From positions 64,001 through 128,000 of the forward strand of contig OZ242214.1 in NCBI GenBank assembly GCA_965206595.1: a DNA stretch of 64,000 bases. The letters run 5' to 3'. Position numbers and translations under genes: made by a program. Below are positions 62,566 to 64,000 of the stretch, piece by piece. This DNA is from Candidatus Latescibacterota bacterium (GTDB taxonomy: Bacteria > Latescibacterota > UBA2968 > UBA8231). Positions within the stretch are counted from its first letter, which is position 1. Each line of letters starts with the position of its first letter. The notes beneath the pieces were generated by a model. It had not been told where the DNA came from and searched no databases. It worked only from the letters and a program-made list of their open reading frames with translations.

Positions 62566-63950
62566 GTGATATCCGACTCCGTCTGACGGGTCAGCAACAC
62601 GCCGATTTGCGCCAACATCTGTTTCCAGGTGACGGGAAAGAGGCGGTGGCGGTTGCTCTTTGTGGCCGAACGGCATCACTTGGGTCGGAAATCCTGCTCG
62701 TTCACAAGCTAGACCTCGTGCCCCACGAGGCGTGTAAGCGCCGCCGAGACCGAATCAACTGGCCCCCGACGCACGTTGAACGGTTTTTCCGCGAGGCTTC
62801 CGCTAACGACTTGGCCATCGTAAAGGTACACAGCCACCCCGACGGCTTCGGTGGTTTCTCGAGTACCGACGATGATTCAGACAGAAAGCTATTCGAGTCG
62901 GTCTATGGTTGGGTCGATGGGGACCGCCCGCATGCAAGCGCCATTATGCTGCCGGATGGTCAGATACGAGCTCGCGCAGTGTCAGCCGGAGGAGCGTTCG
63001 CAACGGTGCGCCACGTTCAAGTTGTAGGTAACGATGTTCTCTTCTGGCCCGACCAACCGGAGTTGGCAGTCCCTGCGTTCGCCGAACGCCACGCCCAGTT
63101 ATTCGGACTTGGCACAACTGCGTTACTTGGCAGCCTCCGGATCGCTGTGGTGGGATGCTCTGGAACGGGCAGCCCGGTCATCGAGCAGCTCGTTCGCCTT
63201 GGGGTGGGGGAACTCGTGCTCGTGGATCCCGACCACGTTGAAGAACGGAATCTCAACCGAATCCTGGGGGCTACAGTAGAGGACGCAAGCCAAGAACGGC
63301 TCAAGGTGGACGTGATAAAGCGCCACATCGACCGGATTGGGCTCGGTACGCAGGTTTATAAGTTCGCTTCCGCTCTGCAGGACCAGGCAGCCATGAGAGC
63401 TGTCGCGGCTTCCGACCTCGTTATTGGGTGCATGGATGGCTTTTCGGGCCGCCACATGCTTGCACGGCTCATTCGCTACTACCTTCTCCCTTACATCGAT
63501 GCCGGCGTGAAGCTCGAAGCCCTTGAAGATGGAACCATCAACCAAGTCGCTGGGAGTGTTCACTACCTCCAACCGACAGGTCTCGACTTTATCGACCGCG
63601 GTGTGTTTACCCTCGAAGACCTCGAGGCTGAGGACCTGTTTCGAACGAATCCCGAAGAATACCGTGAACGACACGCCCGAGGCTATGTTCGTGGGGTTCA
63701 GGTTGACCGCCCTGCAGTCATCAGTGTGAACATGTACTTCGCAAGCCTTGCCGTGAACGAGGTCCTCGCCCGGCTACATCCCTTCCGCATGGACGACAAC
63801 GAGGAATTTGGGACCACCCGCATGAGTCTCAGTCATTTCCAGCTTGAAAACGAAGGTGACGGGCTTGCTCCTCCCCGTATGCTCGCTTCGGTTGGCCGTG
63901 GCGACATCGACCCTCCCCTCGGAATGCCGAGTTTGGGATCACGCCCATGA
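62553..63950 (+). CDS. JAB peptidase - ThiF/E1 fusion
   Basis: HLFPGDGKE...KVHSHP...FS.TDD (JAB); VVGCSGTGS, DPDHVEERNLNR, GCMD, PAVISVN (E1). Confidence 0.9.
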   Translation: MCRLSDIRLRLTGQQHADLRQHLFPGDGKEAVAVALCGRTASLGSEILLVHKLDLVPHEACKRRRDRINWPPTHVERFFREASANDLAIVKVHSHPDGFGGFSSTDDDSDRKLFESVYGWVDGDRPHASAIMLPDGQIRARAVSAGGAFATVRHVQVVGNDVLFWPDQPELAVPAFAERHAQLFGLGTTALLGSLRIAVVGCSGTGSPVIEQLVRLGVGELVLVDPDHVEERNLNRILGATVEDASQERLKVDVIKRHIDRIGLGTQVYKFASALQDQAAMRAVAASDLVIGCMDGFSGRHMLARLIRYYLLPYIDAGVKLEALEDGTINQVAGSVHYLQPTGLDFIDRGVFTLEDLEAEDLFRTNPEEYRERHARGYVRGVQVDRPAVISVNMYFASLAVNEVLARLHPFRMDDNEEFGTTRMSLSHFQLENEGDGLAPPRMLASVGRGDIDPPLGMPSLGSRP

Positions 63951-64000
63951 ACGTGCTGAAGCAAGTCTGGTCTTGGCTTCGGTGGCCTTTTTCTCCAACC
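63947..64000 (+). CDS. Start of the next coupled gene (partial; DUF6527-like expected from operon context only)
   Basis: ATGA overlap with the E1 stop; only 18 codons visible. Confidence 0.35.
   Translation, partial: MNVLKQVWSWLRWPFSPT

Noticed and set aside
1-64000. rRNA, tRNA, integron integrase, prophage structural genes, reverse transcriptase
   Set aside because: None recognised by eye; small structured RNAs could be missed without covariance searches.

Overview
GC-rich bacterial window, dense in insertion sequences and gene remnants. The gene content (repeated phytanoyl-CoA dioxygenase-family genes, a DUF6785-like membrane protein, large Calx-beta surface proteins) resembles marine sponge-symbiont lineages such as Latescibacterota/Poribacteria; that assignment is inference only. 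Layout: 1-12.5 kb, two tandem paralogous Calx-beta/beta-barrel surface-protein genes, each with a sigma54 promoter, downstream of a PAS kinase and NtrC-type regulator. 12.9-18 kb, a CocE/NonD hydrolase and an HlyD-TolC-VTC operon. 18-48 kb, ISL3, IS3, IS1595, IS1380, IS66 and IS630 elements mixed with metabolic genes and pseudogenes, a low-GC run of HEPN/DUF3800-like genes punctuated by a recurring ~18-22 bp motif, and two integron attC sites with no integrase. 48.5-64 kb, a defence island: a type I restriction-modification operon whose HsdR carries an inserted LexA-type S24 peptidase domain, with an internal MNT-HEPN pair and a consensus sigma54 promoter directly behind an RtcR/CARF-like enhancer-binding protein. 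Divergent from it is a sigma-factor/HTH/IrrE-protease triad (sigma gene split by IS1380) leading into a bacterial ubiquitin-like operon (Ubl, E2, JAB-E1). No rRNA, tRNA or CRISPR array was recognised. All family calls come from motif recognition by eye, not database searches.
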